NCBI GenBank assembly: GCA_051313645.2
Contig: JBNRSN020000013.1
Coordinates: 16,802,001-16,866,000, forward strand
Length of the DNA: 64,000 nt
Source: Centroscyllium fabricii
Taxonomy: Eukaryota
Reading direction: 5' to 3'
Shown here: piece after piece, positions 1 through 11,622 of the stretch
How the letters are laid out: every line of letters starts with the position of its first letter
Position numbering within the stretch: the stretch's first letter is position 1
Notes under the pieces: generated by a model
Told to the model about the DNA's origin: nothing
The model's database searches: none
What the model saw: only the letters and a program-made list of their open reading frames with translations
Position numbers and translations under genes: made by a program

Positions 1-250
1 ATTCATGCAAACCCATTAATGTGTAGGTCGATGCTGCAAGTGGAAAAGTTCACAGATCTCTGGGACTTTCCTCTTAAACGGAAGGGAGGGCAATCTCATT
101 TATTAATTTTTCATGGCACCCACCTCTCCTTCAAATCTAAACCAATCCAATTAGAGACTCCAATGGAAACAAATGCTTTTATTATATAACTTGTCAATCC
201 CCTGGGGCACCCTACATGTGGAGCCAAAATCAAATGTCATAAGAACTTAA

Positions 251-585
251 AATAAGAACATAAGAATTAAGAGCAGGAGTAGGCCACACGGCCCCTCGAG
301 CCTGCTCCGCCATTCAATAAGATCGTGGCTAATCCTTGACTTCAACTCCACTTTCCCACCCGATCCCCATATTCCTCGATTCCCTTAGAGTCAAAAAATC
401 TATCTATCCCGGCCTTGAATATACTCAATGACTGAGCATCCACAGTCCTCTGGGGTAGAGAATTCCAAAGATTCACCACCCTCTGAGTGAGGAAATTCCT
501 TTTCATCTCAGTTTTAATTGGCCGACCCTTTATCCTGAGACTGTGACCCCCTGGTTCTAGACTCTGCAGCCAGGGGAAAACAACC
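251..585 (-). mobile_element. CR1 LINE 3' fragment (HER1-like)
   Basis: C-terminal part of ORF 342..794(-) reads GHSLRIKGRPIKTEMKRNFLTQRVVNLWNSLP, the CR1 ORF2 end; followed by CR1 3' UTR stem-loop and 8-bp tail repeat. Confidence 0.9.
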
Positions 586-669
586 TGGAGATTATGGGAT
601 AATTGGAGCTGACATGGGGAATTCAGTTCCCATGCTGAGTCATACCGGTTTGGCATAAGAATAAACCTA

Positions 670-2730
670 GAAAGGTGACTCAACCGTGGATAACAAGGGA
701 AATAAGGGACAACATTAAATCCAAAAAATGGGCATATCAATTGGCCAAAAAAAGTACTAGGCCGGAAGATTGGGAGCAGTTCAGGATACAGCAAAGGAAG
801 ACAAAGGGATTAATCAGGAGGGGGAAGATAGATTATGAATGTAAGCTTGCGGCAAACATAAAAACTGACTGCAAAAGCTTTTATAGGTACATCAAGAGGA
901 AAAGATTGGTAAAATCACAAGTCGGTCCCTTGCAGTCCGATTCAGGGGAATATATAATGGGGAATAAAGAAATGGCAGACCAACTAAACTCATATTTTGG
1001 TACTGTCTTCACAAAGGAGGACACAAGCAACCTCCCAGGGATAGCAGCGAACATAGGGTCCAAGGCAAGGGAGGAGCTGACAGATATCATTATTTCTAGG
1101 GAGATGGTTTTGGGGAAGTTGAAGGGATTGAAGGCCGACAAATCCCCAGGGCCTGATAATCTACATCCTAGGGTACTTAAAGAGGTAGCCCCGGAAATAG
1201 AGGGTTCATTGAGGATCATTTTCCAGAACTCAATAGACTCTGGATCAGTACCCACGGATTGGAGGGTGGCTAATGTTACCCCACTCTTTAAAAAGGGGGG
1301 CAGAGAGAAAGCAGGGAATTATAGACCAGTAAGCCTTACATCAGTAGTGGGCAAAATGCTCGAGTCCATCATCAAGGATGTAATCTCGGAGCATTTGACA
1401 AGTAGGGATGAGATCGGACAGAGTCAACACGGGTTTACAAAAGGTAAATCATGTTTAACTAATCTATTGGAATTCTTTGAGGAAGTAACTCGGAAAATAG
1501 ATGGCGGAGAGCCAGTAGATGTGGTGTACCTTGACTTCCAGAAAGCTTTCGATAAGGTCCCACATAAAAGATTAGCATGTAAAATTAAGGCTCATGGGAT
1601 TGGGGGCAAAGTTTTGATGTGGATAGAGAACTGGTTGGCAGACAGAAAACAGAGAGTTGGAATTAACGGCTCCTTTTCTGAGTGGCAGTCGGTGACTAGT
1701 GGAGTACCGCAGGGGTCTGTCCTGGGACCTCAGCTGTTTACAATATATATTAGTGATCTGGATCAGGGAATTGAATGTAATATCTCCAAATTCGCGGACG
1801 ACACCAAACTAGGAGGGGGGGCAGGCTCTGAAGAGGGTGTCAGGAAGCTACAGGGTGATTTGGATAAGTTGGGGGACTGGGCAGATAGATGGCAGATGCA
1901 CTATAATGTGGATAAATGTGAGGTTATCCACTTTGGGGGCAAAAACAGGAGGGCAGATTACTACTTAAATGGCAGTAGATTGGGAGATGGGGAGGTGCAG
2001 AGAGACCTAGGTGTTCTTGTACACCAGTCGCTGAAGGCGAGCACGCAGGTGCAGCAGGCGGTTGGGAAGGCAAATGGTATGTTGGCCTTCATATCAAGAG
2101 GGTTCGAGTATCGGAATAAGGATACCTTACTGCAGCTGTACAAGGCACTGGTGAGACCACACCTCGAGTATTGTGTACAGTTCTGGTCGCCTCGCCTGAG
2201 GAAGGATGTTCTTGCCATGGAAGGAGTGCAGCGGCGTTTCACCAGGCTGATTCCAGGAATGGCAGGAATGACCTACGAGGAGAGATTGTGTAGTCTGGGC
2301 TTGTACTCGTTGGAGTTTAGAAGATTGAGAGGCGATCTCATTGAGACGTATAAAATTCTGAAAGGTCTGGACAGGCTAGATTCAGAGAGAATGTTTCCAA
2401 TGACGGGGGAGTCCAGAACCAGGGGCCACAGTCTAAGGATAAGGGGTAAACCATTTAGGACAGACATGAGGAAGAATTTCTTCACTCAGAGAGTGGTGGG
2501 CCTGTGGAATTCCCTGCCACAGAGGGCGGTGGAGGCCAGTTCATTAAACATATTCAAGAGGGAATTGGATATATTTCTTCAAGCTAAAGGGATTAAAGGT
2601 TATGGAGAAAAGGCGGGGACGGGGTACTAGCTTGCTAAAGATCAGCCATGATCTCATTGAATGGCGGAGCAGGCTCGAAGGGCTGAATGGCCTACTCCTG
2701 CTCCTATCTTCTATGATTCTATGATTCTAT
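670..2730 (+). mobile_element. 5'-truncated CR1 LINE, subfamily A, young copy
   Basis: Uninterrupted RT ORF, 3' UTR GATCAGCCATGATCTCATTGAATGGCGG... and (TTCTATGA)n tail. Confidence 0.97.
675..2630 (+). CDS. CR1 ORF2 reverse transcriptase (APE domain lost by 5' truncation; the start codon is not genuine)
   Basis: Motifs KSPGPD, NYRPVSLTS, LDFQKAFDKV, GVPQGSVLGP, FADD, LVRPHLEY; 651 codons without a stop. Confidence 0.93.
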   Translation: MTQPWITREIRDNIKSKKWAYQLAKKSTRPEDWEQFRIQQRKTKGLIRRGKIDYECKLAANIKTDCKSFYRYIKRKRLVKSQVGPLQSDSGEYIMGNKEMADQLNSYFGTVFTKEDTSNLPGIAANIGSKAREELTDIIISREMVLGKLKGLKADKSPGPDNLHPRVLKEVAPEIEGSLRIIFQNSIDSGSVPTDWRVANVTPLFKKGGREKAGNYRPVSLTSVVGKMLESIIKDVISEHLTSRDEIGQSQHGFTKGKSCLTNLLEFFEEVTRKIDGGEPVDVVYLDFQKAFDKVPHKRLACKIKAHGIGGKVLMWIENWLADRKQRVGINGSFSEWQSVTSGVPQGSVLGPQLFTIYISDLDQGIECNISKFADDTKLGGGAGSEEGVRKLQGDLDKLGDWADRWQMHYNVDKCEVIHFGGKNRRADYYLNGSRLGDGEVQRDLGVLVHQSLKASTQVQQAVGKANGMLAFISRGFEYRNKDTLLQLYKALVRPHLEYCVQFWSPRLRKDVLAMEGVQRRFTRLIPGMAGMTYEERLCSLGLYSLEFRRLRGDLIETYKILKGLDRLDSERMFPMTGESRTRGHSLRIRGKPFRTDMRKNFFTQRVVGLWNSLPQRAVEASSLNIFKRELDIFLQAKGIKGYGEKAGTGY

Positions 2731-2875
2731 TCTGTCCTTATAATTAGGTAGAAAAAACAATAATCTAGGAAGCAGAATATAAAAACTTATTGGAGTAGAG
2801 GAGGTTCTCGGCTGAGGAGCGAGGAGATTGAAGACTAAGGTGCTACAGTGCCGCCACTGACAGGAGAGCGTAACT

Positions 2876-3187
2876 ATAGAATCATAGAATCCCTACAGTG
2901 CAGATAGAGGACATTTCGGCCCATCGAGCCTGCACCGACACAATCGCACCCTATCCCCGTAACCCCACATATTCAATCCCCCTAACACTAAGGGTCAATT
3001 TATCCTGGCCAATCAACCTAACCCACACATCTTTGGACTGTGGGAGGAAACTGGAGCACCCGGAGGAAACCCACGCAGACACGGGGAGAATGTGCAAACT
3101 CCACACAGACAGTCACCCGAGGCCGGATTTGAACCCGGGCCCCTGGCGCTGTGAGGCAACAGTGCTAACCACTATGCCACCGTGCTA
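2876..3187 (-). mobile_element. HE1-type V-SINE, tail type 1
   Basis: tRNA-like head with A/B boxes on the minus strand, V-domain (GGAGGAAACCCACGCAGACACGGGGAGAA on +), CR1-type tail. Confidence 0.9.
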
Positions 3188-3285
3188 CAGCGAAACAATT
3201 TAATTTGGGAAACTCTGACAGGACATGCATGGAGACTTATGATTATTAATACAGTATATTATATAGATATATAATTAAAATGAAA

Positions 3286-3715
3286 AAGAAACCTGCATTT
3301 ATATAGCACCTTTCACAACTTCAGGACTTCTCCAAAGCACCACTTTTTTTTAAAGTGGAGTCTCTGTTGTAATGCAGGAAATGCATCAGCTAATTTGTGC
3401 ACAGCAAGCTCCCACAAACAGCAATGTGATAATGACCAGATCATCTGTTTTAGTGATGCTGGTTGAGGGATAAATATTGACCAGGACACCGGGGATAACC
3501 CTCCTGCTCTTCTTCGAAATAGTGCCCTGGGATCTTTCATGGCCACCTGAGGGGGCAGGCGGTTTAACATCTCCTCCAAAAGCCGGCACCTCCAACAGTG
3601 CAGCACTCCTTCAGTACTGCATTAGTGTGTCAGCCTGGAGTTTGTACTCAGTTCTCTGGAGTGGGACTTGAACCCACACCTTAAGAGAGTGCTTACCAAG
3701 TGAGACTTGGCTGAC
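3286..3715 (-). mobile_element. SacSINE1-like DeuSINE
   Basis: Reverse complement of the full copy at 37562-38030; L2-type tail (CTGCATTTATATAGCACCTTT on +). Confidence 0.85.
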
Positions 3716-4160
3716 ATAGATCTAGCATCACCAGTTTTTAAATGTTGAGTGTTGTAAATCTGAGCCTCAGTTTTCCAAGCCTCACTGGCCACGAGTCAAG
3801 TACTCAGCTCTGTGTCCCACACAACATTCCAATGGGTCAGAGAATGCTACGGCATGTGCGTGCCTCATTATAAGATTTAAAACAGGTCCCACAAAGCATC
3901 TTTCAACGTCGGGTGAGGCTCTACCCACAGTATGCACCTCACCCATATCAACTGGGAATGTAGGATCTCGGCCTGCTTAAGCAAGCCACTCAGTTGTAAA
4001 ACAAATCACTTCAGGAAGGCCAAATGCAACCTTGCTGACAGTCACGTCGGCGTTTCACAGAAGGACAGCTGATGGTGAACGGGAGCCCCTCTTCCAGCTG
4101 CAGCACCTAGACCATCCACTGGATCCCACTGGAACAGATGTGCAGTCTGTATGAACTCTA

Positions 4161-4395
4161 TGATGTGGAGGTGCCGGTGTTGGACTGGGGTGGACAATTG
4201 TATGGACTGGGGTGGACAATTGTAAGAAGTCACACAACACCAGGTTATAGTCCAACAGTTTTATTTGAAATCACAAGCTTTCGGAGCGCTGCTCCTTCCT
4301 CAGACTTCGCCTGACGAAGGAGCAGCGCTCCGAAAGCTTGTGATTTCAAATAAAACTGTTGGACTATAACCTGGTGTTATGTGACTTCTTACAAT
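4161..4395. mobile_element. Penelope-like terminal hairpin insertion (3' end plus inverted copy)
   Basis: 13-bp TSD TGTATGAACTCTA (4148-4160, 4396-4408); internal inverted repeat about 4214-4303 / 4311-4397. Confidence 0.85.
4308..4342 (+). ncRNA. Minimal type I hammerhead ribozyme motif
   Basis: CGC-CTGACGA-A-GGAGC-AGC-GCTCC-GAAA-GC-TT-GTG: core boxes, stem II, palindromic stem III, 3-bp stem I. Confidence 0.75.
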
Positions 4396-4614
4396 TGTAT
4401 GAACTCTAATCTGCTTCTTTGTTTTCCTATTGCCTTGACTAACGAGCAACAGTACTGTGCTCCTGCAAGTCAACATCCAACTCTTCCTGCAGCCTGGAAT
4501 AGCCAAGAAGGTGGTTTTGGTCATTGTTTCTGTGTGTTGCCATGTGCAACGCCTACAGGGCAACTGTCTGCAAAGAGGGTGTGGTTTCCGAGGTGCTCAC
4601 CTGGCAATTTAGAT

Positions 4615-4766
4615 GGGTAGAAATGAGTCTCGGGCTGTCGGGCAAAACAGGCGTATCGCATTGGCCGCCTCATGGTAGCTGAATTAAATATCAGGCGGGG
4701 CGTATAACGAGTGGACGTTACCATATCGCTTGTTTTGCATTATCACCCAAGACCAATTTCTATCCC
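4615..4766. mobile_element. Short Harbinger-type MITE
   Basis: Imperfect TIRs GGGTAGAAAT...ATTTCTATCCC resembling the GGGCTAGAAATT end at 44382. Confidence 0.55.
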
Positions 4767-4923
4767 ATAACATGTAAACCAGAGTCGGCTTTTAAAACAG
4801 CAGCTTCTTCCTCCCCACTCTACCTCTGTGTCTTATGAAGTGAGTGTGTTACTTATTAGATTTTCAACAAAAAAAATCATCAGTAGCAAAGCAAACATCT
4901 GAAACAAATCATGTTCTCCTGAA

Positions 4924-5700
4924 GGCTCAGCTGGTATAGGAAGTCCGAAGCAGAGCTATCCAGACTACTGAGGTCCCTGCTTCAATGCCCAGTCTGTGCT
5001 GAGTCAGCTGGCATAACAACAGAAAACGCTGGAGAAACTCAGCAGGCCAGGCAGCATCGGCGGAGAGAGAAACAGAGTTAACGTTTCAGGACGATGACCT
5101 TGCGTCAGAACTGGAGCAGCCGGGGGGCGGGATAGATTTTAAAGCTTGTAGGGGCTGGGGAAAGGGGGGGGGCTGAAAGAACAAAGGAAAGATCAGAAAT
5201 TCAAGGAACACAGGATGGCTCTGGATAGGTGTGATCGGCTCTGGCAGAGTAAAGAAAAAAGAAAAAAGCCCAGACGAAAGTGTGGATTGAAAAAAGAGAG
5301 AAAATATATATAAGTGTGGTGGGGGCCGAGGTTATGATCTAAAATTGTTGAACTCTATGTTTAGTCCAGAGGGCTGTAGAGTACCTAAGCGAAAGATGAG
5401 GTGCTGTTCCTCGAGTTTACGCTGGGCTTCCGTGGAACAATGCAACAGGCCACAGACAGTGAGGTCTGAATGGGAGTAGAGTGGAGAATTAAAGTGACAG
5501 GCCACCGGGAGCTCGGGGTCCCCCTTACGGACTGAACTGAGTTAGCTAGCCTGAGCCAGCCACAACTACAATAGCTACAATTGGTGTTAGCCTCCCTGGG
5601 TTAGCAAAGGGTGAGGCGGGCAAGGCTCGCACTCCCAATCGCATGCCGGGATGGTGGGTGAGGGCACTGTTGGGTCACACTGGTAGATTAGAGACTTAAA
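4924..5700 (+). mobile_element. Ancient tRNA-derived SINE (family name uncertain), split by a Penelope insertion
   Basis: Core CTGTGCTGAGTTAGCT... shared with degraded copies near 10120-10345, 43190-43530 and 54175-54470. Confidence 0.5.
5013..5536 (-). mobile_element. Penelope-like element 3' fragment
   Basis: End of GIY-YIG domain and 3' UTR nearly identical to 26090-26650; imperfect TSD CTGAGTCAGCTGGC / CTGAGTTAGCTAGC. Confidence 0.85.
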
Positions 5701-5746
5701 AGGAGATTCCGATCGAGACTCCTGTAACACTCAATGACTGGACTCA

Positions 5747-6339
5747 AGGCCCTGTCACACCTAGACGATTCTGCCAGCGTATGCAAATTAGGCTAAAACG
5801 CTGAACTTTTGACACTTTTTCAGTTTTGGGCTTATAATAGCGTATTCATAACGTATGCATAACGTATTAGTAACGTACACAGAACGTATCGATAACTTAT
5901 ACCAACGAATGCTTAGCGTGTTGTAGGCGTTCACAACTTATGCCCAACGATAGTCTAACGATAGTCTAACGATAGTCTAACGTATGCAGCGTATCGCCGA
6001 CGTTTTAGAAAAATTTGGATAAATTGAAAAACGCTAGCTTAAATCGTCAAGGTGTGACAGGGCATGACAGGGGCAAGGTAATGTGTGTAAAACGTTCGCC
6101 TAACGTGCTTGCAACGTATGGCCAGCGTATGGGGAACGTATAAATTGTAACATTTATACGTCGTGATTTTTTGTGCATGCACAAAAAATCACGACTTATT
6201 CTACGTATAACGACGTATACAACGTATGTCCAGCGTACTCTTAACGTATGCATAACGTACCCATAACGTATCCGACGTAAACCAGCGTATTAGCCAAATT
6301 TGCATACGCTGGCTAAATCGTCTAGGTGTGACAGGGCCT
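5747..6339. mobile_element. PIF/Harbinger-type MITE with long TIRs
   Basis: TIR AGGCCCTGTCACACCTAGACGATT...(about 45 bp); 3-bp TSD TCA at 5744-5746 and 6340-6342. Confidence 0.88.
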
Positions 6340-7037
6340 TCACACAAAGAACCTCACCTGGATGCTTGTGAAGTGAGCATCTTCAGGAGGGGAGGAAGAG
6401 GAAAAGCAAAAACATACAGAAAAAAAAATCCAACTTTAATATTAAACAAGCCACAATCCCAGAAAAACAGGGGTCAATATAACATTCAAAAATCTTGTTT
6501 GCATTCTGCTGCTTAGAAAAAATATTGCAACACACACACAATTTGTGCTCAACCTCTGAGAGGGGAGTTTCATGGGAAGCGAGAATTAATGCGATTAACA
6601 GCAATACCTGCTGTAGTGGCAAGAGCCACATTAAGAAGCTTTGATCCTAGACACCTGACCAGCTGGTGGGCTGTCCCAGGCCATCCCATCTGTCCTTAAA
6701 TCGGCTCCATATGCGGAACGCTCCCATGTGATTACAACTGAGTTGGTGGACAGACCGTGACAAGCTTCCATGTCAGCAGCGCAACTCCTTTAACTTAAAG
6801 GGGCAGTGTCAAGAGGCGGTTTGTCATAGTTAAGCCTGGGGTGAGGGGAACATCACCGTGGTTTTTTTTTGATTCCTTTAAATGGTACCAATATCAAGCC
6901 GCATTGAAGATGTTTCTGCCCCACCAGGTGAAAGGTCATTTCCAACGCTGATCTCACGTGACATCCGACATACTCGACCAGCAGCGGAGTTTCCATATTG
7001 GGGGTGAGCCTAGCTGAGAACTCCTTAATTGGGAGTA

Positions 7038-7403
7038 CAGGTTGAGCACCCTCGGGACCAGGCCGGTGCCGGACCATTGGAAAATTCCGAACCACTGAAG
7101 GTTCAGGGGGAGCGCGCGGGTAGAACACTCCCCGGGGTCCGGAGCGTGTGGCTAGTACACTCCCCGGGGTCTGGAGCGCATGGTAGAACACTCCCCGGGA
7201 GGGAGCCCGGGGATAGAACACTTAAAGAACCTAAAAAAGCAGCAACCCAAACGCCCGACGCCTTCGGCGCTCGCCCACCCTTCGCGGGAAATGGTGGCGC
7301 CGCCGAGCAGCTGCTCTGCAAAATGAAGAGCGCCGGTTTGGATTCGTGCCAGACCATTGAAGGTGCCGGACCATCGGGTGCCGGATTACCAGTGCTCAAC
7401 CTA
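7038..7403. mobile_element. Tc1/mariner (Tigger/pogo-like) MITE
   Basis: TA TSD, TIR CAGGTTGAGCAC, internal ~30-bp GGTAGAACACTCCCCGGGG repeats. Confidence 0.85.
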
Positions 7404-8627
7404 TATTATCTTTTTTTTCTTCTTCAAAACGTCAAGGCAGAATCTGGGCTTGGATGTGGAAATTGGAACTTTCCTGAAAAGACTGTTTGGAATGCCAAGG
7501 ATATCCTAGTTGTAAGAGAGTGCAGCGCTTCTGGGAATTTTCCATAAACCATATTTTGGGATTCTTCCTGGCAAATGCTACTGGATCAGGCCTTGAAAGT
7601 AAATCACTGCTCGTCATCCAACATATCAGTGCTACAGCCTTGTAACATCTACAAACAGATTAAACTGTGGTTTGCAAGGCGCTGGCAAAGTTATTTCTCA
7701 ACGTGCATCCATGTCAGTAACAAAACACTACAATTAAGATAGACTATTAGGAAAATGCACAGCGCAGCCAGCTTTCAAGAAGCTAATCATTTGCAGATGG
7801 GCCAATAAGCCCCCGTGACCCTGGGCAACTCACGATCGTCTGGTTTTGTTCACTCTGACGGGAAAATGAGTCAAGTAACTTCCCAACGAGTCCACTGAAA
7901 AACAAAGTCCGATCTTTCTCTCCACCACCTTTCTAGGGTCCCAAACAGACAGCTCCCTCCCAACCCCAATCACTGCTTACAGTTTTTCTGCAATACACTC
8001 GCTATATAAGACCCGACTTTCTTTCCATAAAGAGACAAGCACTGAAAGTAGCCTGTCAGAGTAGGAAATGTGTATTTATGTGAGGAGGAAGAGGAGTGGA
8101 AAAAGATTGAGGAACTGCCTGGGTGTTTCTCAGTCAGAAGCTCACCGTTAAAATGTTTAACTTGTTAAACATGAGCCTACATCTAAGGAACTTGTAAAAC
8201 TCAGATTCTTCATTACTTTCTCAAGCCTTTGCAATAAAAAAAATGTTTTTTTTAAAGTTATCCTCATGTTACCACAGTTGTACAGTGCTAATTATTTCTG
8301 GTTGATCACATAATCCTATCAATGGATATTTATAATAATAATAATTTACTCACTGGGGGTTATTTTGAGAGTTGGCACTGTTGGCGGGAAGTCTCCTCGC
8401 TGGCCATGTCTATCGGGAAATCACACCCATGATTTCTCATCATTAAAGGGCAGGGACAGAAAATCATGGGGCTGCACAGCCAGCCACCCACCTCCAATGT
8501 CCTCATACTCCTTGCTGCCCAGCGAAGCTCCCCCAGCAGTGCAGAATCAGAAAATCAGCTCAGTCGTTTCATCCTTTAAACTTTGCCTCTGGCTTTGTTT
8601 TGTGATGGCAGACAAAAAGAAAGGCTT

Positions 8628-8728
8628 CTGATGAAAGGTCATTGACCTGAAGCGTTGACTCTGTTTCCCTCTCCACCGATGCTGCCTGGCCTGCTGAGTT
8701 TCTCCAGTGTTTTCTGTTGTTATTTTAG
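8628..8728 (+). mobile_element. Penelope terminal fragment with degenerate hammerhead
   Basis: CTGATGAAAGGTCATTGACCTGAAGCG; flanking direct repeat AAAGAAAGGCTT. Confidence 0.75.
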
Positions 8729-8849
8729 AAAGAAAGGCTTACCCTCCCTCGCTTAATGAGAGTGATGCGTCCTGGTGTACGGCTCCACAGGTCTCAGCAG
8801 CCTTCTAGTGTCTATCCCAGCGGTTCTCTTTCATGCATCAGCCTGGCTA

Positions 8850-10072
8850 ACACCTCATCTTCTGATTAGGCACTTTACAGCCTTCTGGACTCAATATCGA
8901 GTTCAACAACTTCAGACCATAACCTCAGCCCTTATTTTATATTTTTTATCCACACTTTTGGTTTGTGACTTTTCCTTTTTTCTCTCTCTCCCACATGGCA
9001 GCTGTCTTTCACTCTGCCAGCGCATTTCACACTTCATTTAGAGCCATCCTTTGTTTCTTTACCTGTCCTATTACTATCTCGTCTCACCTTGAATATCTCT
9101 TCATGTCTCTTCTTTCATCCCCCATTTCCCAGCCCCCAAACTGCCTTTTGTTTCATTTCCTGCCCTCTCAGTTCTGCAGAAGGGTTTCGACCCAAAACTT
9201 TGGGGTGGATTTTGCCGGAAGTGCGGGAACCTGGCGGTGATTGGTCGGGGTGGCTTTATGTCCCGCCTGGTCAAAGACCTGGGAACCCCACAAATTTTAA
9301 TTTAATTGAGTTATTAAATCCCTGTCAGCGGCAGCCGGTAATTGACTCAATCCAGTCGGGGCTCCAGTGGGGATCGAGCAGTTTGATTGACAGTTCCAGC
9401 ACTGGTTGTTGACAGTTCCCATGGAAACACTCCACTGTGACATCACAGTTGAGTGGAACCAATGGGAAAGGTCAAGTGCTGGTGACTGACAGGTGGGCGG
9501 GCGAGCTCCGAATCCTTGACAGCTCGGCACCAGCTGTGAGGAAATGTGCAAAACTGAGATTTCTCAGTTTTTGCTCACAGCTGGTGCACCCACCACGAAG
9601 TGGCTTATTCCTCTCTAAGGTGCTGGAGGCATGTCAAGCATTTTGCAGCATATTCTTCCCCACCTTGAAGGAGAAAGTAATGACCAGCGCTGTGCTCCCA
9701 GCGGGGTTTAGGGTGGCGGGGTTTGGGTTGGAAACAGCTGAAAATTGCTAAAGGCCCTTAAAATGGCATTATAGATGCCAATTAAGGGCCCTTAAGGACC
9801 TTAACAACCATCCCTGCCGGCGGGAAAGATTTGGGGCGGGGAAAGAGGCCGTCCGAAAATGCAAAACCGGCGGGGATCCGGTAGGCTGGGGCGGGACCCC
9901 AAAATTTGCTATTTTCACCTCCCAGCCGCCCAAAACACCGCCTCACGGGGACAAGAAAATCGCCCCCCATTGACTCTGTTTCTCTCTCCACAGATGTTGC
10001 CTGGCCTGCTGATTTTTCCCAGCATTTTCTGTTGTTATTTTAGATTTCCACCATCTGCAGTATTTTGCTATT
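8850..10072 (+). mobile_element. Penelope-like 3' fragment, interrupted by a MITE
   Basis: Encodes ...GTLQPSGLNIEFNNFR end; terminus TTGACTCTGTTTCTCTCTCC resumes after 9969. Confidence 0.8.
9203..9969. mobile_element. Harbinger-type MITE (same family as 30125-30912)
   Basis: TIR GGGTGGATTTT...AAAATCGCCC; probable TSD TTG (9200-9202, 9970-9972). Confidence 0.8.
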
Positions 10073-10417
10073 GTATTGGTGCCAGTGGTTATTGGACTAT
10101 GAAGGCATCACATTTCAATCCTGTCCTTACCTGGCATCGGCTGCCATACCCTTTCTATTTGCTATCGATTCACTCCTGTTGCCGCGGGTACTCTGCTTCG
10201 CTTTCCTAACCTTGCAACACTAAGTCTAACTGTCGGCCCCACACCAGCAGTGTAGTTGAAATCAGCTAAGTGACCATAAACTGGGGACCCTCCTCGTCTG
10301 TATCCTTTAGTAATGTACCAGGCAAGGCACTGGCTCAAACCTGGGGGGAGCAGATATTTGTTTGTAATGCGTGTTTAATCTTTTAGATAGATATACAACC
10401 ACAAGATAGATGTTTTT

Positions 10418-11335
10418 AATATTCATTCTCAGGATGTGGGAGTCACTGGCAAGGCTGTTTTTTATTGTCCATTCCTAGCTGCCCTTGAGAAGGTGGAGGT
10501 GGGCCTCCTTCTTAAACTGCTGCAGTCAGTGTGGTGAAGGTATTCCCACAGTGCTAAGTAGGGAGTTCCAGGGTTTTGACTCAGCATCAATGGCGTAACA
10601 GCAATATATGTCAGCATGGTATGTGACTGGAGGTGGTGGTGTTCCCATACACCTGCTGCCCTTGTCCTTCTAGGTGGTAGAGGTCGTGGGTTTGGGAGGT
10701 GCTGTCGAAGAAGCCTTGGCAAGTTGCTGCGATGCATCCTGTAGATGGTACACACGGCAGCCACGGTGCGCCAGTGGATATTTAGGCTCATGGTGAATTT
10801 CCAATCAAACTGACTGTGTTGTCCTGGATGGTGTTGAGGTTCTTGAGTGTTGTTACAAGTGAAAAGTATTCTATCACACTCCTGACTTGTGCCTTGAAGA
10901 TGGTGGAGAGGCTTTGGGAAGTCAGGAGGTGAGACACTCGCCGCAGAATACCCAACCTCTGACCTGCTCTCCGAGCTGTGGCATTTATGTGACTGGTCCA
11001 GTTCAGTTTTTTGATCAATGGTAACTTGCAGCAGGCTGATGGTGGGGAGGGGGGGAGGCCCGGCGACAGTAATGCTGTTGAATCTCATGGGGAAGTAGTT
11101 GTGCGCTCTCTTGTTGGAGATGGTCATTGCCTGGCTCTTAATTGGCAAGTAACATTCACACCACACATCAGCCCAAGCCTGAATGTTGTCCAAGTCTTTC
11201 TGCATGGGGCATGGACTGCTTCATTATCTGAGGAGTTGCAAATGGAACTGAACACGGTGCAGTCATCAGCGAACATCCCCGCTTCTGACCTTATGATGGA
11301 GGGAAGGTCATTGACGAAGCAACTGAAGATAGTTG
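10418..11335 (-). mobile_element. Degraded non-LTR retrotransposon 3' part (CR1/L2 group, subclade uncertain)
   Basis: Frameshifted RT C-terminus: DLDNIQAWADVW, KLNWTSHINATARRAGQRLGILRR, FKAQVRSVIEY. Confidence 0.8.
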
Positions 11336-11357
11336 GAGAGATAGAGAGAAATTATAT

Positions 11358-11622
11358 TGTGGCGGAGACCACATAGGGACAGTAACACAATTCACTATGT
11401 ACAGCCAATGCTGTTATTGCTCCACGTCATTTACGGAACTTGGTTGGGTTATTGGGGCAGGGTCCCTTTAAGAGTCGTCGATTGTGTGATGATGTCATAG
11501 CCCTGTGACGAAGCCAAGTCCCTCAGTCGATGCGGAGAGTTAATAAAGCTAACACGCATTTTTCTTTGCTGCTATGAAAGTCTCGCAGTCTGTTTATTTC
11601 CAGAAACTCCTAGAATATAATA
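11358..11622 (+). mobile_element. Solo LTR (Gypsy-like), ~265 bp
   Basis: Starts TGT, ends ATA (mutated ACA), AATAAA near 11542, CpG-rich island within AT/AG microsatellite; TSD ambiguous. Confidence 0.5.

Noticed and set aside
62-71. Perfect NF-kB site GGGACTTTCC
   Set aside because: A single 10-mer in 64 kb is not unlikely by chance; no promoter context
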